A stretch of DNA of 64,000 nucleotides from Anaerolineae bacterium (lineage in GTDB: Bacteria > Chloroflexota > Anaerolineae > B4-G1 > SLSP01). Shown here one piece after another: positions 8,548 through 18,768 of the stretch. The DNA lies in contig DAOPQD010000006.1 of assembly GCA_035347995.1 (NCBI GenBank), forward strand, positions 1,019 through 65,018, written 5' to 3'. The position numbers and the translations under genes were made by a program. Every line of letters begins with the position of its first letter. The first letter of the stretch is position 1. Under the pieces are notes generated by a model. It saw nothing but the letters and a program-made list of their open reading frames with translations. It was not told where the DNA came from and searched no databases.

Positions 8548-10983
8548 CTACGGCGCCGGCGCGTACAGCCAGCGGTACCACGCAAAATGTTGCACGATGC
8601 GGGTGACGTAAGTGCGGGTCTCCTCCAGGCTGATCAGCTCCACGAAGAGGTCACGATCGCCCCTCGCCGCTTCCCACCAACGGGCGGCGTTGCCCGGCCC
8701 GCCATTGTAAGCCGCGAGCGCGGGGTAGAGGTCCCCCTCGAAGCGCTCGCGCTGCTGCGCCAGATACCACGTGCCGAAGCGCACGCTCACGATCGGGCGG
8801 TAGAGATCGGCGGTCTGATAGTCGGGAGGCCAGTTGAGCGCCGCGGCGATTTCCGCGCCCGTCGAGGGGATGACCTGCATCAGCCCGCGCGCCGCTGCCC
8901 ATGAAGTCGCATAGCCCTCGAAGAGGCTTTCCTGCCGCAACAGGGCGTAGGTCGGCAAGAGCGGCAGCCCGAACTCCGCGGCGTCTGCAGCGACCAGCTC
9001 GCTGAAATAGGTAGGATAGATCAGGCAGCCCAGGAAGCGTGGCGCTTGTGTCAGATCGCCTGCCGGAGAGAGTTGCAAGACCGTGCTTGCGGCGGCGATG
9101 GAGGAGCGGTACAATCCCAACTCCTGGAAGATCAACGCCAGGTGATATTGCGCCAGCGCATCATCCCCATAGGCAGCGCGCAACCCATCGAGCTCGGTCC
9201 GCGCCTCGTCGTAGCGCTCGGCCCGCAGCAGGAGCGCCCCCAGCTCCAGGCGGGGATCAGCCAGCAGCTCCGCCGGCGGGACCCGGAGGACGGTGGGATC
9301 GGCGACTCCCAGCCAGGAGGCCAGCCATGGGAAGACGGCGTCCTGTTCGGCGGCCTCGCCGCAGGGGCGGGGATCTCCGGCGGGCGCCTCGAAGGGAGCG
9401 CGCCCGGCAAGCAGATCCGCCGCTCGCAAGCCGTAATAGCTCCATGGCGCCGACGCTGCCGTGCGGCTGAGGATTGCTGTGCCGGTCACGATTTCCCCGG
9501 CCTCGAGGGCCGTCTTGCCCAGCCAGAACTGTGCCGCCGGCGCCCGCTCGTCGGTGGGATACCAGCGCGTGAGTTCTTCCCAGGCCGCGGTCGCGCCGGG
9601 GCTGTCGCCGGCCTGATACCGCAGCAGCCCGGCGCGGAAACGGGCAGCCGGGGCGCCGTCGTCGTCGGGATACCGATCGGCGAGCTCCAGGTACGCGAGG
9701 GCCGCGGCTGGCAGGTCGCCGTCGCCCTCGAGCAACTGCGCCGCGCTCCACAGCGCTTCGGGCGCGCGGACATGATCGGGCAGGGACTCCGGCAGGGAGC
9801 GGTAGGCGGCGATGGCTTCGGGAAGCCGTCCCAGCGCGGCCAGCGCTCGCGCTTTGCCGATGACCGCGCTGCCCCAATAGGCGTCGTCGGGATGGGTGTC
9901 GAGCAGGATTTGGAATTCGTTGAGCGCCAGCTCGGGGCTGCCGGCCTCCAGGTATGCCATCCCGGCGAAGTAGTGCGCTTCGCCGGTGTGCGCTGCATCG
10001 GCGCGGACGTAGCGTCCCAGGGCCAGTACCGCAGCGGAATAGGATTGGGCGTAGTAGTTGATTTTTCCCCGCAGCAGCTCGTTGACGGGGACCTCGTTTT
10101 CCACCAGCCAGGCCAGCGCAGGATGGGAGAACGTGGCCTCTTCGGGGTAAGTGGTGATGAGATCGAGGTAGCGCCGCTGGGCCTCCGTGGCGTCGCCGAA
10201 GAGGCGCGCTGTTTCTGCCGCCTGATACATGATCCGCGCCCGGTACGCGGGGATGCGGGAGACGGCGAGGATGGCATCGTAGGTAGCCAGTGCTTCGGGA
10301 TAGGCCTGCAGCGCGCTGTAGGTGAGCGCGCGTTTTTCCTGGAGGAAAACCTGCCGATCCAACGCCGTAGCGAGGTCGAGCGCGGCATCGTAGGCCGTGA
10401 GGGCTTCGGTGTAGACCCCGCCGGCGAAGAGCGCATCGCCGAGCCATGGGTAGATGTAGGGCGCGAGTAGGGGAGCGGCGGTCAGCGCGCTGCGATAGTA
10501 GGGCGCGGCGGCCAGCGGGTCGCCATTGGCCGCGAGCGCGTCGGCGAGGAACAGCTGCAATTCCGCCTGGCGGGGATCCGCTGGCGGAAGGGTCGCCGTC
10601 AGGTCGCGGAGCAGGGGCAGTCCCTCGGCGGCCCGTCCCTGCGCGATCAGCGTCTTGCCAAAGCCCACCGCGGCGCGCAAGGCGTCATCCTGTGGAATAG
10701 AGGAGAGCGGCAACAACTGCCCATAAGCGGCGGCAGCGGTCTCCCAATCTCCCACGCGGTAGGCCTCTTCTGCCTGACTCAGCAGGACGGCTGGCTCCGG
10801 GGTGGGGGTGGGCGAAGGTGTCGGCGAGGGTGTGGGGAAGGGCGTCGGCGTGAGCGTCGCCGTGAGGGAGGGCGACGGGGCCATCGTGGCGGTCATGGGC
10901 GACGTTCCCGGTCCGCCGGCGGGGAGAAATGCGCTGCATCCTGCGAGCAGGAGCGCCATAAGCCAGAAAGAGAGACGTTTCAT
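8548..10983 (-). CDS. Lipoprotein with Pro/Thr-rich linker, TPR repeats and C-terminal lytic transglycosylase (SLT) domain
   Basis: Lipobox LLAGCSA. TPTPFPTPSPTPSPTPTPEP linker. C-terminal GLMQVIPSTG...AAYNGGPGNAARWW matches the SLT catalytic region. Confidence 0.8.
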   Translation of the reverse strand: MKRLSFWLMALLLAGCSAFLPAGGPGTSPMTATMAPSPSLTATLTPTPFPTPSPTPSPTPTPEPAVLLSQAEEAYRVGDWETAAAAYGQLLPLSSIPQDDALRAAVGFGKTLIAQGRAAEGLPLLRDLTATLPPADPRQAELQLFLADALAANGDPLAAAPYYRSALTAAPLLAPYIYPWLGDALFAGGVYTEALTAYDAALDLATALDRQVFLQEKRALTYSALQAYPEALATYDAILAVSRIPAYRARIMYQAAETARLFGDATEAQRRYLDLITTYPEEATFSHPALAWLVENEVPVNELLRGKINYYAQSYSAAVLALGRYVRADAAHTGEAHYFAGMAYLEAGSPELALNEFQILLDTHPDDAYWGSAVIGKARALAALGRLPEAIAAYRSLPESLPDHVRAPEALWSAAQLLEGDGDLPAAALAYLELADRYPDDDGAPAARFRAGLLRYQAGDSPGATAAWEELTRWYPTDERAPAAQFWLGKTALEAGEIVTGTAILSRTAASAPWSYYGLRAADLLAGRAPFEAPAGDPRPCGEAAEQDAVFPWLASWLGVADPTVLRVPPAELLADPRLELGALLLRAERYDEARTELDGLRAAYGDDALAQYHLALIFQELGLYRSSIAAASTVLQLSPAGDLTQAPRFLGCLIYPTYFSELVAADAAEFGLPLLPTYALLRQESLFEGYATSWAAARGLMQVIPSTGAEIAAALNWPPDYQTADLYRPIVSVRFGTWYLAQQRERFEGDLYPALAAYNGGPGNAARWWEAARGDRDLFVELISLEETRTYVTRIVQHFAWYRWLYAPAP

Positions 10984-11278
10984 GCGTCCATTATCGAAGA
11001 AAGCGGGGGGGTGTCAACTTCTGCGGCAGGCGCTGTAAAGGAGGTCTCTCATGCCTGTGTCAGGGGGGGATTCCGTCCTCGCCGACCGCCGCGAGTGAGG
11101 ATATTCATGTCAGCTGGTGCCCATTGGGCCCGGCTCTGGGGCAGGTGCTAGGCCAGCTCCAGCCGCTGATGAAGGGCCGCCTGGCGTTCATCCATCCGCT
11201 CGAAAAACTTGACGCCTTTTGTCATTGGCCCTATAATAAAAGTGGCGTTTCAATCTCAGCCGAAAGGAGTGGGGTCTC

Positions 11279-11479
11279 ATGAGCAAGAAGTACACGGTGA
11301 AGGCCGGCGACAGTCTGCGGAAGATTGCGAAGGAGCTGCTCGGCGATGCTGAGAAGTGGGAGGAGATCTATGCCGCCAATAAGGCGATCATCAAAGATCC
11401 GAACGTCATTCAGCCCGGGATGGAGCTGGAGATTCCAGAGGACAAGCCCAAAGTCAGTCTGATGGGCAAGACCAAATAA
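11279..11479 (+). CDS. Small LysM-domain protein (66 aa)
   Basis: YTVKAGDSLRKIAKELLGDAEKWEEIYAANKAIIKDPNVIQPGMELEIP is a LysM fold signature. Followed by a hairpin. Confidence 0.6.
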   Translation: MSKKYTVKAGDSLRKIAKELLGDAEKWEEIYAANKAIIKDPNVIQPGMELEIPEDKPKVSLMGKTK

Positions 11480-11495
11480 TCCGGCTGAAACTTTT

Positions 11496-11530
11496 GACAT
11501 CCGGCGAGGGGTTTTCTTTCGCCGGATGTC
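11496..11530 (+). terminator. Perfect 12-bp inverted repeat (GACATCCGGCGA...TCGCCGGATGTC) downstream of the LysM gene
   Basis: Seen directly. Loop ggggttttctt. No strong U-tract, so intrinsic-terminator function is uncertain. Confidence 0.4.
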
Positions 11531-11801
11531 GTTATGGGGGACTTGCGCAGCCTGGCGGAGGAGGAATCCCCCGGACAGAAGCCGACTGTTAAGAATAACG
11601 TGGGCACGTGGGCGCGTGTGGCAGAGGCTGCGACAACTCTCTACTCACAGCTCACGGCTCCTTATTTCGAAGGGGCATTTGCTTTGCCTGGCTTTCATGC
11701 TAAAACTAAGCGCGTGAGCCGGTCGCCGACGGGATGTGATCGCTCGCCGCAGGTCGCGTTTGCCTGGATCCTAAATTCACACAACGGGAGGTATCTCTGA
11801 C

Positions 11802-13127
11802 ATGGAAAAACCGCGCCCCAAACTTGATTTTCAGAAGACGTTCCTCATCGGTTTCGGTTTCTTTGGCATCAGCGTCATGTGGAAGCTCTACAACGACTAC
11901 GTGCCCATCTTCCTCCAGGCGGGCAATCCGCTCTTCGAGGGGACGACGAAGACCTCGGGCTTTGGACTCGGGCCGGGCCTCACTGGCCTCATCATGACCC
12001 TGGACAACATCGTGGCCCTCTTCCTCCTGCCGCTCATCGGCCTCTGGAGCGACCGCATCTGGTCGCCGAAACTGGGGGGACGCCGCAAGCCCTTCATCGT
12101 CACGCTCGCGCCGATCTCGATAATCGCTTTCATCCTCATTCCCTTCATCGTGCGGATGATTCCCCCCGAGCTCAACGGCATGACGGAGCAGCTGCGACAG
12201 CCGCTGGCGTTCTTCATCGTCGCTGTCGGCATCTTCATCACGACCATGGCCGGCTTCCGCACGCCGGTGATCTCGCTGATGCCCGATCTCACCCCCTCGC
12301 CGTTGCGAAGTCAGGCCAATGGCATCATCAACCTCATGGGGGGCCTGGGTGGCATCCTCATCACGCTGGTAGGGGCCTTCCTTTACAACGTAAGCATCAC
12401 CTTGCCTTTCATCGTCAGCGGGGTGTTGATGGTGTTGGCGGTGCTGATGCTGATTTTCTTCGTCAAAGAGCCGCGACAGCTGGGCGAGGCTGGCGAGGCG
12501 CGCGAGGAGGAAGGGGCTTTCGATGCGCTCAAGGGCGTGCGCCGCATCTCTCCGGCGGCGCGGAAAAGCCTGCTCCTGCTGATGCTTTCGATTTTCTTCT
12601 GGTTTGTGGGTTACAACGCCATCGAGACTTTCTTCACGTCTTACGGCGTCAACGTGTTGCACATCGCTGAGAACCAGGCGTCGCTGCTCTTCAGCATTTC
12701 CTTCATTGCCTTCGTTCTCTTCTCCATCCCCAGCGGCTACATCGCAGCGCGCATTGGCCGCAAACGCACCATCACGATAGGCCTGGGAGTCTTTGCCGGG
12801 CTGCTGCTCATGGGATTCCTCGTCCCCAACATGATCGTCATCGGCATCGCGCTGGCCCTGGGCGGCGTCGCCTGGAGCCTGGTGAATATCAACAGCCTGC
12901 CGATGGTCATTGACACGTCCGATAGCGACGCCAACATCGGCACCTTCACGGGATTGTATTATCTGGCTTCCCAGCTGGCGGCTATCGTCGGGCCGATTCT
13001 CAATGGGTATCTCATCGAGCATTTCAGGAACTACAACCTGGTCCTGCTGATGCCGGTGATTTTCTTCATCCTGGCGGCGTTCTCGATGCAGGGCGTCACG
13101 CGCGGGGAAGCGAAAGTCCACGCCTGA
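11802..13127 (+). CDS. MFS-family transporter (12 predicted TM helices)
   Basis: Hydrophobicity pattern and MFS-like loop motifs. Substrate unknown. Confidence 0.75.
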   Translation: MEKPRPKLDFQKTFLIGFGFFGISVMWKLYNDYVPIFLQAGNPLFEGTTKTSGFGLGPGLTGLIMTLDNIVALFLLPLIGLWSDRIWSPKLGGRRKPFIVTLAPISIIAFILIPFIVRMIPPELNGMTEQLRQPLAFFIVAVGIFITTMAGFRTPVISLMPDLTPSPLRSQANGIINLMGGLGGILITLVGAFLYNVSITLPFIVSGVLMVLAVLMLIFFVKEPRQLGEAGEAREEEGAFDALKGVRRISPAARKSLLLLMLSIFFWFVGYNAIETFFTSYGVNVLHIAENQASLLFSISFIAFVLFSIPSGYIAARIGRKRTITIGLGVFAGLLLMGFLVPNMIVIGIALALGGVAWSLVNINSLPMVIDTSDSDANIGTFTGLYYLASQLAAIVGPILNGYLIEHFRNYNLVLLMPVIFFILAAFSMQGVTRGEAKVHA

Positions 13128-13194
13128 TCACCCGCTCCTTTCCTTGCTTGGGGGCTTGGGGGAAGGGGTCGGTGAATTTTATTGGCTTATGTCA

Positions 13195-13217
13195 GGCTGG
13201 GGAGTTCATCCCCAGCC
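13195..13217 (+). terminator. Hairpin GGCTGGGGA-gttcat-CCCCAGCC followed by a T-rich tract, between convergent MFS and prmC genes
   Basis: Seen directly. Confidence 0.4.
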
Positions 13218-13272
13218 TGTGCATTTTGAATTTTTCACGCCTCTGCGGCGAAAATCTTTTTGCGCCGTCATC

Positions 13273-14124
13273 TCATCTTCCCCGCACCCACAAGACGCGA
13301 TCTTTGCCTGCCAGGTCCTGCAGGAGGCGGCATTCGGCGGCGGGAAAGGTCGCCCTGGCCAGCGCCAGCGCCGCGGCCCCCTGCTGCTCGCCGATCTCCA
13401 TCAGTAGCATCCCGCCGGGGCGCAGGCTCGCGGGCGCCTGCGCCAGCAAGCGCTGCACGGCATCGAGTCCCTCTTCCCCACCGAGGAGCGCCAGGGCCGG
13501 CTCCCGGCGCACGGAGACCGGCAACGTCTCCCACTCGCTCTCGGCGACGTAGGGCGGATTGCTGACGATGAGGTCTACCGGCTCCGGCAGCGGCGCGAGC
13601 AGATCCCCTTCCAGGAAGCGGATGCGTTCGGCGACGCCGTGCCGCGCCGCGTTCAGCCGCGCGACCTCCAGTGCTGCTGCCGAGAGGTCCACCGCGTAAC
13701 ACCGCGCCTGCGGCAGGTGCCGGGCGAGCGTCACGATGATGCAGCCCGATCCCGTCCCCACATCGGCAATGCGGGGAGCGGGGCCGGCGTGCGCGAGCGC
13801 CGTTTCCACGAGCAATTCGGTCTCCGGGCGGGGGATGAGCACGGCCGGCGTGACGGTGAACTCGAGGCCGAAGAACTCGATGTGGCCGGTGATGTAGGGC
13901 AGCGGCTCCCCGGCGGCGCGACGCTGTACCCAGCTGCGGTAGGTCGTCGCCGCCATCGGGGGCAGGGGCGCGTCGAGGTGCGCCAGCAGCGTGGCGCGGT
14001 TGCAGCCGAGGAGCGCCGTCAGCAGCAGCTCGGCTTCGAGGCGCGGCTGTTCTGTGACGGGCGCGAGCTGTTCCGTGGCCCATCGCCGCGCCGTCTCCAG
14101 GTCGCTCAGCGGCACCGTCTCCAT
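13273..14124 (-). CDS. prmC: Release-factor glutamine N5-methyltransferase PrmC/HemK
   Basis: ...YITGHIEFFGLEFTVTPAVLIPRPETE...DVGTGSGCI...VSNPPYV motifs. Start taken at METVPLSDL (14124). The ORF track extends to 14148. Confidence 0.85.
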   Translation of the reverse strand: METVPLSDLETARRWATEQLAPVTEQPRLEAELLLTALLGCNRATLLAHLDAPLPPMAATTYRSWVQRRAAGEPLPYITGHIEFFGLEFTVTPAVLIPRPETELLVETALAHAGPAPRIADVGTGSGCIIVTLARHLPQARCYAVDLSAAALEVARLNAARHGVAERIRFLEGDLLAPLPEPVDLIVSNPPYVAESEWETLPVSVRREPALALLGGEEGLDAVQRLLAQAPASLRPGGMLLMEIGEQQGAAALALARATFPAAECRLLQDLAGKDRVLWVRGR

Positions 14125-14160
14125 TTCTTTTATACTTCCCACGGTCACAATCTTTCATTA

Positions 14161-14483
14161 GTAACCGTTCAGCTACCAGCCAGGGAACGGCATAGATTTC
14201 CGGGTAATTGCTGGAAATTAAGAATTAAACTTGGTTATACGCATAATCTTTTACCTTCCCTGTCCCCTGGCTCCTTCCCCCCGCGCCGCGGGGGGAAGGA
14301 GAACTTTTTTTGTGGGGTTTTGCAGGCGGGCGCAGCCCGCCTGCAAAACCCTTTATTTTTTTCGCCCCCTCCCCAACGGCGCACACGCTGTTGGGGAGGG
14401 GGCTGGGGAAGGGGAAAAAGCTTCCAAGTCACAAAAGTTCATCCATCGCTGTCTGGCTGCCTGGCGCCAGGCTAAACAGCTAC
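14161..14483 (+). mobile_element. MITE-like triple-hairpin element, copy A (imperfect TIR GTAACCGTTCAGC / GCTAAACAGCTAC; three 12-17 bp GC-rich hairpins)
   Basis: Highly similar along its length (by eye) to 48118..48428 and to the reverse complement of 43755..44055. Non-coding. Confidence 0.6.
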
Positions 14484-14631
14484 GAGATTTGAAAGATTAC
14501 GACCATGAACAGTATAGATTCTCAGGTCCCAAATTTGGCCCGGTGGGATTTTGTGGGGGCGTCAGCGAAAAACGCTTTCTGGCGCACACACGCCAGGCAA
14601 TACGGGGCGCGATCCCCCGGCGCGGCGGGAA

Positions 14632-15528
14632 CTACCGCACGACGCCTGCGCGTCGCAGCTCTTCCAGCACCACGCGCTTGAGCGGCGTTGCCGTGCTCAG
14701 GCTGAGATAGCGTCCCCCGCGCGCGCTCACGGCCTGACGCAGGGCAGCCTGCCAGGCGGTGCGGCGCTCCTGGTACGCCGCGAGTGTCGCCCCATCCAGC
14801 GTCACATCACGGTGCGCGCCGCTTTCCACATCCACGAGGCGCAGCTCGCCCCGCAGCGTCGGCTCGAGCTCCTCCGGCGTGAGCAGGTGAAGCAGGACGA
14901 TTTCATGCCCGCGCGCGGCGAGTGTCGCCGCGCCGGACTCCAGCCCCGCCGCGTCGTAGCCGTCGGTGAGGAGCAGGATCAGCGCGGGACGCGGCGCGCG
15001 GTCTGCCAGACGCGCTCCCAGGTCCCGCAGCGCCGGTCCGAGCGCTGTCGCGCCGGCGGGATTGAGGAAGGCGAGCCACTCGCGCCATTCGCTCAGCCAT
15101 TCGCCGCCGGAATGCGGCCCCCAGAGCGGGACGGCGCTCTCCTGTTGCAGCCACATTCCCCGCAGCGCGTCGCCGCCGAGCAGGGCGATGCCGCCTAACG
15201 CCTCGGCGAGCGCGCGCGTCGCGGGCCAGCGGTCGCCCCAGCCCATCGAGGCGCTGCCGTCGAGGGCCACGATCACGGCGAGATCGGCTTCTTCTTCATA
15301 GAGCCGCACGTAGGCGCGATCGGAGCGCGCGTAGAGGTTCCAATCCACGCGGCGGGGGTCGTCGCCGGGGGTGTAGTCCCGAAAATCGGCGAATTCCAGC
15401 CCGGCGCCGCGCCGCGCGGAGCGACGTTCCCCCCAGGTGCCCCAGCCCTTGCGCCCGTGAACCACGAAGCGCAGCCGCGAGAGCCAGGTGAGGTCAGTCT
15501 GGGGAGGAGAAGCCGGGGCAGGGATCAT
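14632..15528 (-). CDS. DUF58 family protein (vWA-like partner of MoxR ATPases)
   Basis: RGAGLEFADFRDYTPGDDPRRVDWNLYARSDRAYVRLYEEE...VALDGSASM is the DUF58 signature. Immediately downstream of the moxR-like gene. Confidence 0.85.
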   Translation of the reverse strand: MIPAPASPPQTDLTWLSRLRFVVHGRKGWGTWGERRSARRGAGLEFADFRDYTPGDDPRRVDWNLYARSDRAYVRLYEEEADLAVIVALDGSASMGWGDRWPATRALAEALGGIALLGGDALRGMWLQQESAVPLWGPHSGGEWLSEWREWLAFLNPAGATALGPALRDLGARLADRAPRPALILLLTDGYDAAGLESGAATLAARGHEIVLLHLLTPEELEPTLRGELRLVDVESGAHRDVTLDGATLAAYQERRTAWQAALRQAVSARGGRYLSLSTATPLKRVVLEELRRAGVVR

Positions 15529-15574
15529 GTGGAATCACCGGTGAGGGGCGCGGTAGGACGGCACATCTCATCCC

Positions 15575-16555
<981 letters not shown>

Positions 16556-16560
16556 TTCAC

Positions 16561-16650
16561 CTCCGCAAGCGATAAAGCGAAAAGGCGATAAAGCGAAAAG
16601 GCGAATCACTTACGTTCGCACCTTTACACCTTCACACGTGGACGCCTTCA
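16561..16650. repeat. GAAAAGCG-rich short repeat element, intergenic copy (gcgataaagcgaaaaggcgataaagcgaaaaggcgaatcacttacgttcgcacc...)
   Basis: About 75% identical over ~50 nt to the in-frame copy at 31100..31200. See findings. Confidence 0.4.
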
Positions 16651-16700
16651 CGCCTTATGGCGTCTCCGGTGGCAAGCTGGGGCCGGGGAGTGCGCTTCTC

Positions 16701-17627
16701 TCAACATTCCCAGAGCCGGCAGAAGCTGCAGCGCCCCTCGGCGGTCGTGGGCTGCCCACAGACCGTGCACGGATGCAGAGCGGGCGCGTTCGCTGACTCG
16801 GCGAACAGCCCTCCGGCCCTGGCCTGCAGAAATTTCACGTAGAACTGTAGTTTGGTGCCGGGGGCGTCGTGCTCCATCTGCGTGAGGATCTCCTTGTAGT
16901 GCAGGCTGGTCGCGCCTTTGGCGTAGGGGCATTCTTCCTCAATGTAGTCAATCCCCCGCAGGAGCGCATACGCCGCTGTCTCGCGCTCGTAGAGGCGGCA
17001 GAAGGGCTTGACTTTGCGCGCCAGCCCCGCGTCGTCGGCGGGGAGCACGGGCCCCTGGCGTGCAAGGTAACCGGTCTCCCAGTGCAAGACGTTGCCGAAC
17101 AGGGTGGCGGCCTCATCGTCAAGGTTGTGGCCTGTGGCGAGGACGTCGTAGCCCAGCTCTAGCGCCAGGCGATTCATCTCGTGGCGTTTGACCAGGCCAC
17201 ATAGCGAGCAGGGGCGCGCTTCGCGGTGTCGGCGTGCCGCCAGTTGGGGGATGCTTTCCCCGTACTGCCGGGGCAGATCAACGATGGTGAGGCGCGTCCC
17301 CGGAAATTGCGTGGCACACTGCCCGGCAAAGGCTTCCGCCTTCATCCGCGACCGTGCGGAGTACGCCAGGCCGTCATCAATCCCCAGATCAATGTGCAGC
17401 CCATCGGCGTGATAGCCCAGGCGCAACAGCGCCTCCCACAGCGCGAGGCTGTCCTTCCCGCCGGAGACGGCGACGAGGACGCGCGCGTCGGGGCCGATCA
17501 TGCGATATTTGCGGAGGGCGCGGGCGGTGTGTTCGAGGAACCAGGCGTCGAAGTGTTCGGCGCACAGGGCGAGCTTGTGCTGTCGCAGGTTGATCACGGC
17601 CGGGGCGCCGCAGGTCCGACAGCGCAC
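16701..17627 (-). CDS. ttuA: tRNA 2-thiouridine synthetase TtuA (PP-loop ATPase with N- and C-terminal zinc fingers)
   Basis: MRCRTCGAP...LCAEHF... ; SGGKDS PP-loop; GHNLDDEA; C-terminal CTVCGQPTTAEGRCSFC. Near-collinear with Thermus TtuA from memory. Confidence 0.8.
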   Translation of the reverse strand: MRCRTCGAPAVINLRQHKLALCAEHFDAWFLEHTARALRKYRMIGPDARVLVAVSGGKDSLALWEALLRLGYHADGLHIDLGIDDGLAYSARSRMKAEAFAGQCATQFPGTRLTIVDLPRQYGESIPQLAARRHREARPCSLCGLVKRHEMNRLALELGYDVLATGHNLDDEAATLFGNVLHWETGYLARQGPVLPADDAGLARKVKPFCRLYERETAAYALLRGIDYIEEECPYAKGATSLHYKEILTQMEHDAPGTKLQFYVKFLQARAGGLFAESANAPALHPCTVCGQPTTAEGRCSFCRLWEC

Positions 17628-17629
17628 CT

Positions 17630-17818
17630 TCAGCCTCCGGAGACGACGGGGACGATTTTGACGCTGTCCTCGGGCGCGAGAGAGCGATCCTCGGTGAGCA
17701 GCTGGCCATTGCGAACGACCAGCACGCTTTCGGGCAGGATTTTGAGCTTTTTGAGCAGCTGCTGCACCGTCATCGTTTCGTCGAAGGTGAATTGTTTCTC
17801 GCGGTAGCTCACCTGCAT
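17630..17818 (-). CDS. ttuB: Ubiquitin-like sulfur-carrier protein (TtuB/ThiS/MoaD family) ending in Gly-Gly
   Basis: 62 aa, ...VKIVPVVSGG*. Located 3 nt upstream of ttuA on the same strand. Confidence 0.7.
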   Translation of the reverse strand: MQVSYREKQFTFDETMTVQQLLKKLKILPESVLVVRNGQLLTEDRSLAPEDSVKIVPVVSGG

Positions 17819-17884
17819 GGATTCGACCTCGTCTGCGGGTTAAAAAACGGGGGCTGAGCGCCCCCGAAAAACTGCGCTGGCGGC

Positions 17885-18559
17885 TCAGGCTTCGTTGTGG
17901 AAGCGCGCTTCGAGCTCATCGAGCATTTCTGCCGCCTCGACCAGCTTGTCGAGCGGATTTTGGTCGCCCGTGAAATAGCGATAATCGCAGGGCATAATGT
18001 CGAGCATTTTGACCAGCGTTTGGTGATGTTTGCCGACCGTTTCGGGCGAGGTGTCGTAATAGGCGGCGATTTTGGCCAGCGGCACATCGCGCAGGTTCAC
18101 TTTGCGCACGGTGTAATCGAGCGCGGCGGCCCAGGCTTCGGGTTTGGGGATGCTCAACGGCTCGGCGCCGAGGGTGATGCGGAATTCCATCCACATCTGG
18201 ATGGCGGCGCCGATGAGATCGAGGGGCAGTTGCGCCGCCTTCATCTTGGCGGTGAGCTGCTGCTCCACGGGGTCCATGCCGCTGGCGAAGAGCTGCTCGA
18301 CGCGGCCGGCGACGGGGGAGTTGGGTTCGAGGCGCAGGTAATTGGCGAGAGCGCGCAGCGCGCGGTCAAAATCCCCTATGCGGGCGAGCGTCTGGGCCAG
18401 GGTGAGGTGATAGTCAGCGCAATTGGGCGCGAGCTTGACGGCAGCCTGAAGCTGTTGGAGCGCTTCTTCCAGGTCCCAACGTTGATAGGCAGCGAGGGCT
18501 TCCTGGTAGAGGGCGTCGGCTTTCTTGCGATCGGCGGCTGAGGGCTGGGTCGGGCTCAT
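17885..18559 (-). CDS. Hypothetical protein with N-terminal TPR-like repeats
   Basis: ALYQEALAAYQRWDLEEALQQLQAAVKLAPNCADYHLTLAQTLARIGDFDRALRAL TPR pattern. C-terminal half unassigned. Confidence 0.55.
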   Translation of the reverse strand: MSPTQPSAADRKKADALYQEALAAYQRWDLEEALQQLQAAVKLAPNCADYHLTLAQTLARIGDFDRALRALANYLRLEPNSPVAGRVEQLFASGMDPVEQQLTAKMKAAQLPLDLIGAAIQMWMEFRITLGAEPLSIPKPEAWAAALDYTVRKVNLRDVPLAKIAAYYDTSPETVGKHHQTLVKMLDIMPCDYRYFTGDQNPLDKLVEAAEMLDELEARFHNEA

Positions 18560-18768
18560 GATATCCTCCGCATGGCGTATACCACTGGTATTGTCAACTT
18601 CTTGCGGGCCTTATTATAGCAGTTTCGGCAGAGCTGCCAAGCGCTCATGCAAGGACGGCTTTACATCCGTGCCAATCCAGGTATACTGCTTTTTTGCTCC
18701 TGGCCCACACGTCATTCTAGCTTCTGCAGCGCGGATTTAGGAGACAGCACTATTTTAACGAGGAGACC

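Noticed and set aside
10802-11038. ORF encoding MGVGEGVGEGVGKGVG...
   Set aside because: Antisense of the Pro/Thr-rich linker of the lytic transglycosylase lipoprotein.
11706-13121. 471-aa minus-strand ORF and 263-aa plus-strand ORF overlapping the MFS transporter gene
   Set aside because: The MFS frame has 12 hydrophobic helices and family motifs. The alternatives are His/Arg/Asp-rich shadows.
13268-14158. 296-aa alternate-frame ORF co-located with prmC
   Set aside because: The frame encoding the PrmC motifs (NPPY, GTGSG) is the other one. This one is Arg/Ala/Gly-rich.
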